IMG/VR virus record: IMGVR_UViG_2778261267_000002
DNA: 39,741 bases
Origin: a virus
Lineage: Duplodnaviria; Heunggongvirae; Uroviricota; Caudoviricetes
Strand: one strand, 5' to 3'
This document shows, piece after piece, positions 31,270-39,741 of the stretch. The notes beneath the pieces are model-generated. The model had not been told where the DNA came from and made no database searches. It saw only the letters and a list, made by a program, of their open reading frames with translations. The translations under genes were made by a program, and so were the position numbers. Position 1 is the stretch's first letter. Each line of letters opens with the position of its first letter.

Positions 31270-32571
31270 ATGGCTACTTGGCAACAAGGAATCAACTCAG
31301 GCGGCTTTCTTGCTGGTATCGGTGGGCAAAACTCAAATGCGCCAAAGGCAAGTGATGTAAGTGAGGCGTTGGCCTATATTCGCCAGAACAACGAAATGGA
31401 GCGCTCAGGTCGCAATAACATCGGCCTTCAGGCGTTGCAGGGGCTTGGTAGTGTCGCTCAAACATATCAAGCCGCAAAGCAACAGGAAGCGGATGCTGCA
31501 TTCCAAAAAGAATATGCGGCAGCCATCCAGTCCGGTGATCGACAGCAGGTTCGAGATCTGATGACCAAATATCCTGGTCAATTAGAGAAGATTCAGTCTG
31601 GTATGAAGTGGGCAGACGAAGACCAGCGCAATTCTATCGGCACCTTAGCGGCTGGCGCACGCCTTGCGGCCTCGTCTCCAGAAGCAATGCAATCATGGCT
31701 GCAAAACAACGCCAAGGAACTGACTCGCGTCGGTGTTGACCCTAATAACGTTGCTCAGATGTATCAGCAGAATCCTTCAGGGTTTGGTGAGTTTGTTGAT
31801 CACCTTGGGATGGCTGCTCTCGGTCCGATTGACTACTTCAATGTTCAGGACAAGATGGCTGGTCGTGAGATTGACCGAGGCAGGCTGGCAGAGACAATCC
31901 GCAGCAATCAGGCCGGAGAAGCACTAACAGCTCGAGGTCAGGACATCCAGATACGTGGACAGAACATCAGCGCACAGAATGCTGCTCTTTCCCGCGAAAT
32001 ACAAAGAGCAGAATTACAAGAAAAGGCCCTGGACAGACAAATAGCCAGAGAAAGCAATCAGTTAAAGCTTGAAGAGCTAAAACAGAAACAGGCAGATGTT
32101 CGGCAAAAGGCTGACATAGCCCGCGCTGACAGGCAGGCCGCCGCTCAGGGTGCAGTTGATACGTTCAGCACCGCGCTTGATTCTCTCAACGAGATAGAGC
32201 AAAGCCCCGGCCTTTCAAAAGCAGTAGGAATTCGCTCAGCGTTTCCGACAGTTCCTGGCTCTGATGCGGCTAACTTTGAAGCAAGGCTCGACACCTTTAA
32301 AGCTCAAACATTCCTTCCTATGGTGCAGTCCCTGAAGGGTATGGGCGCTCTTTCAGATGCTGAGGGTAAAAAATTATCCGATGCGGTTGGTGCCCTAAGC
32401 CCCAAAATGAGTGAAAAGGCTTTTCGTGACTCTATCGGAAAGATTAGAAATCAGCTTGAAAGCAAGTTGAGCACCGTTAAAAAACAGTTTGATTATCAGG
32501 AGCCGGTGCAGAATATGCCAGCGCAACAACCTACTACTGGCAGTAATTTTTCTTCGCTATGGGGTGATTAA
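31270..32571 (+). CDS. Ejection protein, P22 gp20-like position
   Basis: Synteny and size (433 aa); coiled-coil rich. Confidence 0.6.
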   Translation: MATWQQGINSGGFLAGIGGQNSNAPKASDVSEALAYIRQNNEMERSGRNNIGLQALQGLGSVAQTYQAAKQQEADAAFQKEYAAAIQSGDRQQVRDLMTKYPGQLEKIQSGMKWADEDQRNSIGTLAAGARLAASSPEAMQSWLQNNAKELTRVGVDPNNVAQMYQQNPSGFGEFVDHLGMAALGPIDYFNVQDKMAGREIDRGRLAETIRSNQAGEALTARGQDIQIRGQNISAQNAALSREIQRAELQEKALDRQIARESNQLKLEELKQKQADVRQKADIARADRQAAAQGAVDTFSTALDSLNEIEQSPGLSKAVGIRSAFPTVPGSDAANFEARLDTFKAQTFLPMVQSLKGMGALSDAEGKKLSDAVGALSPKMSEKAFRDSIGKIRNQLESKLSTVKKQFDYQEPVQNMPAQQPTTGSNFSSLWGD

Positions 32572-34568
32572 TGGCTAAAGCATGGAAAGATGTTATCGCC
32601 TCTCCACAGTATCAGGCGTTAGCACCAGAACAAAAAGCGCAGGCTCAGGAGCAATACTTCAATGAAGTCGTGGCCCCGCAAGCCGGAGAAAATGCAGAGC
32701 AGGCTAAGCAAGCTTTCTATGCTGCCTATCCATTGCCATTTGTGCAGTCAGTGGAGACACAGCAACCAGTAGCACAGCAACAACCACAGCAAAGTGGATT
32801 TATGTCTGATCTTGGCGAAGCAGTAAAAGAGACTGGTCGCGGAATGGTGCAGGCTGGCGTGAACGTGGCAAACATACCTGCATCAGTTGCCGATGCTGTA
32901 ACAAGCGCGGCGGCTTGGGCTGGCGGTAAACTCGGTATTGGCGATGGTACATATCAACCAGCACCACGAGTAACAACGCAGGGATTAGAGCAGGACTTTG
33001 GCCTTCAGCAAGGTGCGCTGACTCCACAAACGACAGAGGGAAAGGTATTTGCTGAAGCATTGCCTTACCTCACTCCTGCTGGCGTTGAGAGAGCGGCAGC
33101 ACAGGCACCAACACTTGCTGGGCGAATTGCTCAGGGGGCAACTCGTCTTCTCGCTGAAAACGCAGTTGGATCACTTGCTGCAAATAGTGCGAAAGATGAT
33201 GCGGAAGCACTCGCCACCGATTTAGGCGTTGGTGTGCTGGCTGGCGGTGCTATTAACGCTGCCGGACGTGGATTAGGTGCTGCTTATCGTGGCGTTCGTG
33301 GTGCTATTGCGCCAGAAGCGCAGCAGGCTATCAGATTTGCAGAGCGTGAAGGAGTTCCTCTGCACACCACAGACCTGTTACAGCCTACTTCCCGCGTCGG
33401 GAAAATGGCGCAGACGACAGCGGAAAATATCCCCCTGGCCGGCACAAGCGGAATGAGAGCAACGCAACAGGAAGCGAGAAGCCAGTTGGTGCAGAGATTT
33501 GCTGATAAATTCGGTGAGTATGATCCAGCTGTTGTTATTGACAGCCTTAAAGCGAAAACATCAGGAATTCGTCGTGCTGCAGGTAATCGACTGGAGCAGG
33601 TTCAGAATGCTATGGCAGGAGTAAACATTCAGCCTGCACGAGCAATTCAGCAGATTGATACAGAAATATCTAACCTGCAGAAGCTTGGTAAGGTCGCTGA
33701 TAACGAGACTATTTCAAAACTTCAGTCATATCGTGATGAGCTTGTTCGCAATGCTGGCCCTGATGGTCCGGTAAATCTGGATTTGAAGCAATTAAGCGAC
33801 CTGCGCAGCCAGTTCAGAATGGACGTGAAGGGGGAGCGACCAGTGTTACCAAACCGTTCCGATGCCGCCATTCAACGTGTTTACAAGGCGATGACCGACG
33901 ATATCAATGGTGCCATTGGTCAGAATCTTGGCAACGATACTCTCCGTAAATATCAGCAGGCCAATGCCGTCTACGCTGACGAAGCGGCGAAACTAAAGAA
34001 TACCAGGCTGAAGAATGTTCTCATGAAAGGCGACCTGACGCCGGAAGTTGTCAACAACATGCTATTCAGCAAGAACAAATCGGAAATTAAGACGCTGTAT
34101 AACTCAGTTGGTCGTGTTGGCAGGGCGCAAATGCGCAATGGCATCATTGGAAAGGCGATGGAGAAATCTGGCGGATCACCTGACCAGTTCCTTCGGCAGC
34201 TTAACATCCTGCAAAACCAGACTGGCATCACATTTAAAGGTCAGGAAGCCGCTTATCTGAAAGGATTGAAAAACTACCTGCAATCCACGCAGCAGGCTGC
34301 AAAAGCGGCAGTAACAACACCAACAGGGCAGCAAACCATCCCGTTCATTATCGGATATGGTACGGCAATGAACCCGGCGACAACTGGCGCAGCGGTAAGC
34401 TACGGACTTCTTACTCGCGCCTATGAGAGCGAGCCATTCAGAAATGCAATGCTCCGAATGGCAAATACCCCACGCGGATCAACAGCGTTCGAGAAAGCCA
34501 TGCAGCAGGCACAAAAGGCCATTAACGCCCTGACTCAGGGGGCTAAGTCTGATGCGTTGTCAGAATAG
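32571..34568 (+). CDS. Ejection protein, P22 gp16-like position
   Basis: Synteny and size (665 aa); Ala/Gly/Gln-rich. Confidence 0.6.
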   Translation: MAKAWKDVIASPQYQALAPEQKAQAQEQYFNEVVAPQAGENAEQAKQAFYAAYPLPFVQSVETQQPVAQQQPQQSGFMSDLGEAVKETGRGMVQAGVNVANIPASVADAVTSAAAWAGGKLGIGDGTYQPAPRVTTQGLEQDFGLQQGALTPQTTEGKVFAEALPYLTPAGVERAAAQAPTLAGRIAQGATRLLAENAVGSLAANSAKDDAEALATDLGVGVLAGGAINAAGRGLGAAYRGVRGAIAPEAQQAIRFAEREGVPLHTTDLLQPTSRVGKMAQTTAENIPLAGTSGMRATQQEARSQLVQRFADKFGEYDPAVVIDSLKAKTSGIRRAAGNRLEQVQNAMAGVNIQPARAIQQIDTEISNLQKLGKVADNETISKLQSYRDELVRNAGPDGPVNLDLKQLSDLRSQFRMDVKGERPVLPNRSDAAIQRVYKAMTDDINGAIGQNLGNDTLRKYQQANAVYADEAAKLKNTRLKNVLMKGDLTPEVVNNMLFSKNKSEIKTLYNSVGRVGRAQMRNGIIGKAMEKSGGSPDQFLRQLNILQNQTGITFKGQEAAYLKGLKNYLQSTQQAAKAAVTTPTGQQTIPFIIGYGTAMNPATTGAAVSYGLLTRAYESEPFRNAMLRMANTPRGSTAFEKAMQQAQKAINALTQGAKSDALSE

Positions 34569-34732
34569 CTTCGCAAACACCAGGAACGTGCAAAAACCAA
34601 ATATGTAGAACGCAATATTCAACAGATCTTTTTGCATAGACTCATCTCATAGTTAACAAATCATAACTTACATTAATGCAATGTAGGGCAAGTTGCATCT
34701 TGTTCGGCGTTGCTACGTCAGGAGCAAATTAA

Positions 34733-36838
34733 ATGACAGACATTACAGCCAATGTTGTAGTGAGTATGCCTTCGCAACTCTTCACTATGGCGCGTTCTTT
34801 TAAAGCCGTAGCCAATGGCAAAATTTATATCGGTAAAATTGATGCTGACCCGGTAAATCCTGAAAACCAGATTCAGGTTTATGTAGAGAACGAAGACGGA
34901 TCTCACATTCCTGTTTCGCAACCAATCATTATCAATTCTGCTGGTTACCCTGTATATAACGGACAGATTGCCAAGTTTGTTACGGTGCAAGGTCATTCTA
35001 TGGCTGTTTATGATGCGTATGGTGCACAGCAGTTCTATTTTCCAAACGTGCTGAAGTATGATCCTGATCAGCTAAGGCAGAGTCTAACAAAATATGGCTC
35101 AACAATTGATCAGATAGCGCATCGGGCGACAGCCATTAAAACATTTGAAGAGTTTGGGGCAATTGGTGATGGGATTGTTGACGACACCACATCTATGTTA
35201 TCAGCATTAGCATGGCTCGAAGGAATACCTTTTGGTAAATTAACAGGGAGAGTAGGTGCGAGATATCGCATAACACAAAGTCTTGTAATGAAGTTCGATG
35301 GCTCGTATACACAGGATGTTACATCTACACGGTATATTGATTTTACTGGTACAACAATCGTAGCAGGAGACTCGGGAATTACATGTTTAAGAATGAGCCA
35401 TGATTTCTGCCACATAATCAATCCTGTAGTAATTAACCCAGATAACTACTCTGACGTTATTGCCTACGCCATTGCTCCTGAAGACGAATCTCAGGCAACC
35501 ATGCGTGTGTCACAGCAATTTTGTGTAATGGAGAATCCACGCGCAAGGGGAGTAAAAGTCGGACTGAAATTCAAGCCGGGACCAACAGTATCAGGTGAAA
35601 ACAGCGGCTCATACTACCACTCAATTATGAACCCTAACTTTGAGCGTGTAGACTGCGGGTTTTATTTTGAACGCAGCGTCAGTGGCGATAATAATAATAC
35701 GCGCATCCATATATATAACCCTCATCATGCTACGGGAAATTGTAGCTTTTGGATTGAGTCTACCGACACTTTGCGCGTATTTGGTGGTCACGCTGAGAAT
35801 ATCACTCTAGGTACTTGGCCTGCAGACGTGCCATGCGCAGTGCGTATTGTTAAGACGGTGAACAGTGATACATCAGTGGCAGGTAATATACACTTCCGTG
35901 GATTTTTTGGCGAGTTGTGTACGCGTCCGTATCAGATTGATTTTAATGTGAAAACCTATGAAAACCACTTTGACTGGTCATGGGTGTATCTAACTGAGAA
36001 CGCACAGCGTCAAGGTGCTAACAGTTATGAAAGCATATCCCAGTTTGACGGGGTTCTTGTTAGCTCAAATATGGACCCAGACCAGAAAAACGTTACTGGA
36101 TGCCGTAGGCGTTCTAGTGGTAAAGGGGCGCTTATTATTCAGCCTGACGACTCATCTCCGGCCGAGCTTTATTCTGACACAAAATGGAAAATTACCTCAT
36201 CTGTACTAGAGGCTCCTGTTCAGGACTTACGCAACGATAATAGTGAAATACAGATTCTTGGTGCCACTAATTCAGGTATCCTGCTCACTACGACTACTGG
36301 TACAAAGGGGGTAACATTATCGAGTTATGACGGTAAATTGTCACCAGGAAACCCAAGCGGCGACTTTAAGATTGGCGGGTACAATGGATTCATGCCTGAT
36401 GCAGACAATACGACTGTATTAGGATATACATCACATAGATGGTCTGTTGTGTATGCTGCCACGGGCACAATAAGCACATCGGATGAAACACTGAAGGTAA
36501 AAACCCCGGCAACAAACGAGAGTGCGGAAAGGGAAGCGGCTAATGAAATTCGCAAGAATATTATTCGTTATAAGTTTGCTGATGCCATAGAACTTAAGGG
36601 AGAAGAGTCTGCACGTGTCCACTTTGGTGTTGGTGCGCAAACTGTTGGTTCTATCCTGACAAAGCACGGACTTAAACCAGAGGATTACGCATTCTGGTGC
36701 AAGGACGAGTGGGAAGAATCTTCTGAAATAAGCATTAATCCAGAAACGTTAGAAGAAGTTGTAACAGTTAAACCAGCGGGCGTAAGGTACGGAATACGCT
36801 ATGATGAGCTTATTATGTTCTTAGCAATGTATGCGTAA
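34733..36838 (+). CDS. Tailspike: P22-like N-terminal head-binding domain, distinct receptor-binding domain, C-terminal intramolecular chaperone (peptidase S74-like) domain
   Basis: First ~110 aa [58 protein letters not shown] match P22 gp9; C-terminus has SDETLK and [13 protein letters not shown] / [15 protein letters not shown] motifs. Confidence 0.85.
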   Translation: MTDITANVVVSMPSQLFTMARSFKAVANGKIYIGKIDADPVNPENQIQVYVENEDGSHIPVSQPIIINSAGYPVYNGQIAKFVTVQGHSMAVYDAYGAQQFYFPNVLKYDPDQLRQSLTKYGSTIDQIAHRATAIKTFEEFGAIGDGIVDDTTSMLSALAWLEGIPFGKLTGRVGARYRITQSLVMKFDGSYTQDVTSTRYIDFTGTTIVAGDSGITCLRMSHDFCHIINPVVINPDNYSDVIAYAIAPEDESQATMRVSQQFCVMENPRARGVKVGLKFKPGPTVSGENSGSYYHSIMNPNFERVDCGFYFERSVSGDNNNTRIHIYNPHHATGNCSFWIESTDTLRVFGGHAENITLGTWPADVPCAVRIVKTVNSDTSVAGNIHFRGFFGELCTRPYQIDFNVKTYENHFDWSWVYLTENAQRQGANSYESISQFDGVLVSSNMDPDQKNVTGCRRRSSGKGALIIQPDDSSPAELYSDTKWKITSSVLEAPVQDLRNDNSEIQILGATNSGILLTTTTGTKGVTLSSYDGKLSPGNPSGDFKIGGYNGFMPDADNTTVLGYTSHRWSVVYAATGTISTSDETLKVKTPATNESAEREAANEIRKNIIRYKFADAIELKGEESARVHFGVGAQTVGSILTKHGLKPEDYAFWCKDEWEESSEISINPETLEEVVTVKPAGVRYGIRYDELIMFLAMYA

Positions 36839-36859
36839 ATTGCATAGTTATGGCGTTAC

Positions 36860-38002
36860 ATGTACAATGCTGCAAATTTTTTTGGGGTTATTAACATGAA
36901 CGCCTTTTTGCTTTTTATTGCAGTAATTGGTGTAATTATAGATTTAGCATCTCCGTTGACAGTTTATGGTGTACAACTATTCCTATTTCCATTCGCATGC
37001 CTTTTTTTATACGCAAAAAGTGTAAGTAAAATGACGTATCAGTCATTATTATTTATAATAATGGTGGTATCTATTGTTATAATAAGTTCATTTATCCAAG
37101 TTTATATATCAAAGCATAATGAGATATTATTATCACAGACGCTTAAAGTAATAATTTGGGTGGTGTCGTCATACTTGTTATATGTTGGATGTAAGGGGGT
37201 GGATAAAGATACTTTAGAGAGATCCATAAATGCAGCGCTAGTAGTTTTCATGCTCTCTTTATTTATTCAAGTAGTATCGAAGCTTTTATTTGGTTCTATT
37301 GTTGACTACTCTATGCTAATTGGTGGCGAACCATCAAGAAATATGATGACTGGAGTTGGGTTTAGGCCAACAGGGCTAACTGCAGAACCAAGTGTATATT
37401 GCGGAATAACAGCGTGGTTAATTACGTTACGATATGCAATTAATAAAAAGATTGATTATTTGTTTTTACTGTCATGCGTTTCAATGACGTTTACATTGTC
37501 ATTTGTTGGAATATTTCTTTGCTTTCTCATGCTATGTGTTGGTATGATGAGAATTAAGATGATTATCCCAGTGATAGCAATATTTGTGATTGGGTATCTT
37601 TCTGTTTTAAATATTGTAAATGACAGGATTGTTTTATTTCTATCTGGGGCTGATGGTAGCAATAATATAAAGATAGAGACCATTCTTGATTTTATTGGAA
37701 ATCAAAATTTATATATTTTTGGTTATGGTTTGATTGGTAAGTCAGAATCTGCGCCATCATTTTATGAGTCGTTATATGATATGACTATATTTGGAAACTT
37801 TATTACAATATTTGGTCTTCCATTTGGAGTATTATGCATAGTATTATATTGTGTTTTTATAATTAAAATTAAAATAACAAAAAGGGCAAAGCTAATGATG
37901 TTGCTATCATCTTTAAAAATTAGCCTGCCGTTTTTTGCTGTGTTTTATATGGCTATTGCTATGATATGTGCAATTTCAAATAAGAACAAAGCGTTAACGT
38001 AA
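36860..38002 (+). CDS. AT-rich polytopic inner-membrane protein (~10 TM), possible Wzy-like polysaccharide polymerase / O-antigen modification protein (alternative start 36896)
   Basis: Highly hydrophobic 380-aa ORF at ~30% GC with a hydrophilic loop containing R and G residues; sits in the tailspike-int slot. Confidence 0.6.
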   Translation: MYNAANFFGVINMNAFLLFIAVIGVIIDLASPLTVYGVQLFLFPFACLFLYAKSVSKMTYQSLLFIIMVVSIVIISSFIQVYISKHNEILLSQTLKVIIWVVSSYLLYVGCKGVDKDTLERSINAALVVFMLSLFIQVVSKLLFGSIVDYSMLIGGEPSRNMMTGVGFRPTGLTAEPSVYCGITAWLITLRYAINKKIDYLFLLSCVSMTFTLSFVGIFLCFLMLCVGMMRIKMIIPVIAIFVIGYLSVLNIVNDRIVLFLSGADGSNNIKIETILDFIGNQNLYIFGYGLIGKSESAPSFYESLYDMTIFGNFITIFGLPFGVLCIVLYCVFIIKIKITKRAKLMMLLSSLKISLPFFAVFYMAIAMICAISNKNKALT

Positions 38003-38302
38003 CAACTTGCACATAATAATATCTCTTTTTTTAGTTTCTGGTGATTGTATTGTTATACTATAATCACCAGAATAAAACTCAGTTAAAGTGAATTTTTCTT
38101 TATCAATAGATATATAATCAAGAGAACGAGCCTCGTTAAAAAATTCTTTTTCAAGGCTAAATTCTACATCATCTAGATGCACTTTGGACGCATTTGATGT
38201 GTTAACTTTAACAAGATGAGAACCACATACTATTTCATTTATCTTTGCGCTTGATGAATTACTAACCATAAAGGTAAGTATAAAAAACAAGTATTTAAAC
38301 AT
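37994..38302 (-). CDS. Small secreted protein (102 aa, signal peptide), AT-rich
   Basis: N-terminus MFKYLFFILTFMVSNSSSA; convergent with the membrane protein gene, overlapping by 9 nt. Confidence 0.45.
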   Translation of the reverse strand: MFKYLFFILTFMVSNSSSAKINEIVCGSHLVKVNTSNASKVHLDDVEFSLEKEFFNEARSLDYISIDKEKFTLTEFYSGDYSITIQSPETKKRDIIMCKLLR

Positions 38303-38583
38303 ATATCACCATCTTTGAAAAATATTCTACAAATAGTAGCATGAACATCATGCTAATTAAAGAAAGATTGCAAAACCATTTGCCATTTGTCAAGCACTTA
38401 GGTGATAAATGTATGGGGTTGTGATGTTTATATTTTAGTAAGTTCGTGATCATATAATTATTTACATGTAATGATATGTACCACATCAGGTGGTAGTATT
38501 TGTATCCACTTGAGGCAAAACTGAGAAACGCAAAGCTTTGTACTGGATTGCAAGGCTTTATGTCATTCGATAGTTAAGGTGGA

Positions 38584-39741
38584 TCACTCCACCTTCCCAT
38601 CAAGCCAGTCCGCCCACCACTGCATCATTTCTCTGCGCTTATCGAGATACTGAGCATGGTTGTAAATCCCGCGCACAGATCCGCCGTTGGCATGTGCCAG
38701 TTGCACCTCAATCGCGTCAGCAGGCCATTCGTGCTCGTTCATAATCGTGCTGAATTCATGCCTGAATCCGTGACCGCTTTCCAGACCTTCATAGCCGATT
38801 TGTTTGATCACAAGTAATACCGCGTTCTCGCAGATTGGCTTCTTCTTATCGTTGCGCCCGGCAAAAACAAACTCTGACACTGGTTTAGTGATTGAGCTTA
38901 GCGTAGTGAGAAGTTCAACCACCTGGTCTGACATAGGAACCACATGAATTTTGCGACCCTTCATCACACTGGCGTCGATGGTGATAATCCTGTTTTCAAA
39001 ATCGACGTTCTTCCATTGCATGGAACGAAGCTCTTTTGTTCTTAGGGCTGTGTAGCGTAAAACCTTGGTGGCAATGAGCGATACGATACTTCCTGAAAAT
39101 GTTGCCAGTGCTTTGTTGAATGCCGGGATCTGGTCTGCAGGAAGAAACGGGAAGTTCTTCTTGCGGTATCCCTTCATGGCGTCAGCAAGATCAGGTGCCG
39201 GGTTATATTTAGCCCTTCCGGTGACAATAGCGTAACGGAAAACCTCGCCGCATCTTCTGCGGGCTTTGTTGGCTCGCTCCATTGCACCGCGATCTTCAAA
39301 TCTGCGGATTACTTCCAGCAGTTGCATCGGCTCAATATCCTGAATTTCAAGACCGCCGATGATGGGTAAAATGTCGTCATCAAACATTTTGGCAAGTTCA
39401 GTTGCATAGCCTACTGACCAGACTTGCTTCTTGTGCTCGTACCATTCCTTGTAAATGGCACTAAAGGAATTGTTGTTAGACGAAGCCTTTTTCGCTTTTA
39501 CCGGATCGATGCCAACCGAGATGTCTTTCCTCGCGGTCCATGCTTTATCTCTTGCCTCCTGCAAAGTCATTAGCGGATATTTTCCTACGGTCAGGATTTT
39601 CTCCTTACCGTCAATCTTGTAGCGAAGCTGCCATACCTTTTTCCCTGACACAGGGACATAAAGGTACAGGCCATTACCATCGAGAAGGCGGTATGGTTTC
39701 TCTTTCGGCTTTGCTGCTTCAATCTGCTTAACGGTGAGCAT
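38584..39741 (-). CDS. intS: Tyrosine integrase, P4/IntS type (385 aa); start codon is the last three bases of the window
   Basis: Full-length ORF with tyrosine-recombinase catalytic signature (R...H-x-x-R...Y); matches KplE1/CPS-53 IntS as recalled. Confidence 0.85.
   Translation of the reverse strand: MLTVKQIEAAKPKEKPYRLLDGNGLYLYVPVSGKKVWQLRYKIDGKEKILTVGKYPLMTLQEARDKAWTARKDISVGIDPVKAKKASSNNNSFSAIYKEWYEHKKQVWSVGYATELAKMFDDDILPIIGGLEIQDIEPMQLLEVIRRFEDRGAMERANKARRRCGEVFRYAIVTGRAKYNPAPDLADAMKGYRKKNFPFLPADQIPAFNKALATFSGSIVSLIATKVLRYTALRTKELRSMQWKNVDFENRIITIDASVMKGRKIHVVPMSDQVVELLTTLSSITKPVSEFVFAGRNDKKKPICENAVLLVIKQIGYEGLESGHGFRHEFSTIMNEHEWPADAIEVQLAHANGGSVRGIYNHAQYLDKRREMMQWWADWLDGKVE

Noticed and set aside
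34569-34732. Expected P22 immI / sieA block (sieA, mnt, arc, ant) between the last ejection protein and tailspike
   Set aside because: Only ~165 bp separate the two genes, so this phage lacks immI, like Sf6-type relatives.
38295-38486. 63-aa minus-strand ORF between the secreted protein and the integrase
   Set aside because: Very AT-rich, no ribosome-binding site, low-complexity hydrophobic sequence; more likely part of the int-proximal regulatory region.

Overview
This window is almost entirely one mosaic lambdoid prophage with P22-like virion genes, inserted next to a host sucrose permease gene (cscB-like, 1..1248) and apparently integrated at tRNA-Arg (argW). Everything below was read by eye and recalled from memory; no searches were run.

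Layout, left to right:
- Left boundary: a 15-nt copy of the argW 3' end at 1672..1686, then a TorI-type excisionase (1760..1960, minus).
- Early-left operon (minus strand, 2.0-8.0 kb): DUF551 protein, Ead/Ea22-like, Abc2-like, SSB-like, Erf, Kil-like, CIII-like, AT-rich accessory ORFs, lambda N.
- Immunity region of phage 434: cI repressor, Cro, and the three OR operators reading exactly ACAAGAAAAACTGT / ACAAGATACATTGT / ACAAGAAAGTTTGT; three OL-type operators at 8284..8352.
- cII, P22-type replication genes (O-like initiator, DnaB-like helicase), nin region (NinB/E/F, Roi-like, YbcO-like, RusA, NinH), lambda Q, pR'/6S/tR', lambda S-R-Rz/Rz1.
- P22-like morphogenesis block (20.0-34.6 kb): small and large terminase with a pac-like site, portal, scaffold, coat, gp4, gp10, tail needle, gp14, gp7/gp20/gp16 ejection proteins.
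- Tailspike (34733..36838), an AT-rich membrane-protein module, and an IntS-type integrase whose start codon is the last three bases of the window.

Most notable observations:
- An HNH homing endonuclease gene sits inside the 5' end of tail gene 10, leaving a 34-codon remnant of the original gene start and a recoded replacement start.
- The tailspike is a three-part chimera ending in a self-cleaving chaperone-type domain.
- An AT-rich polytopic membrane protein plus a convergent secreted protein occupy the slot where related phages carry O-antigen modification genes.
- Uncharacterised accessory cassettes lie downstream of N and directly downstream of cI.
- No CRISPR array, rRNA or intact tRNA gene was seen.
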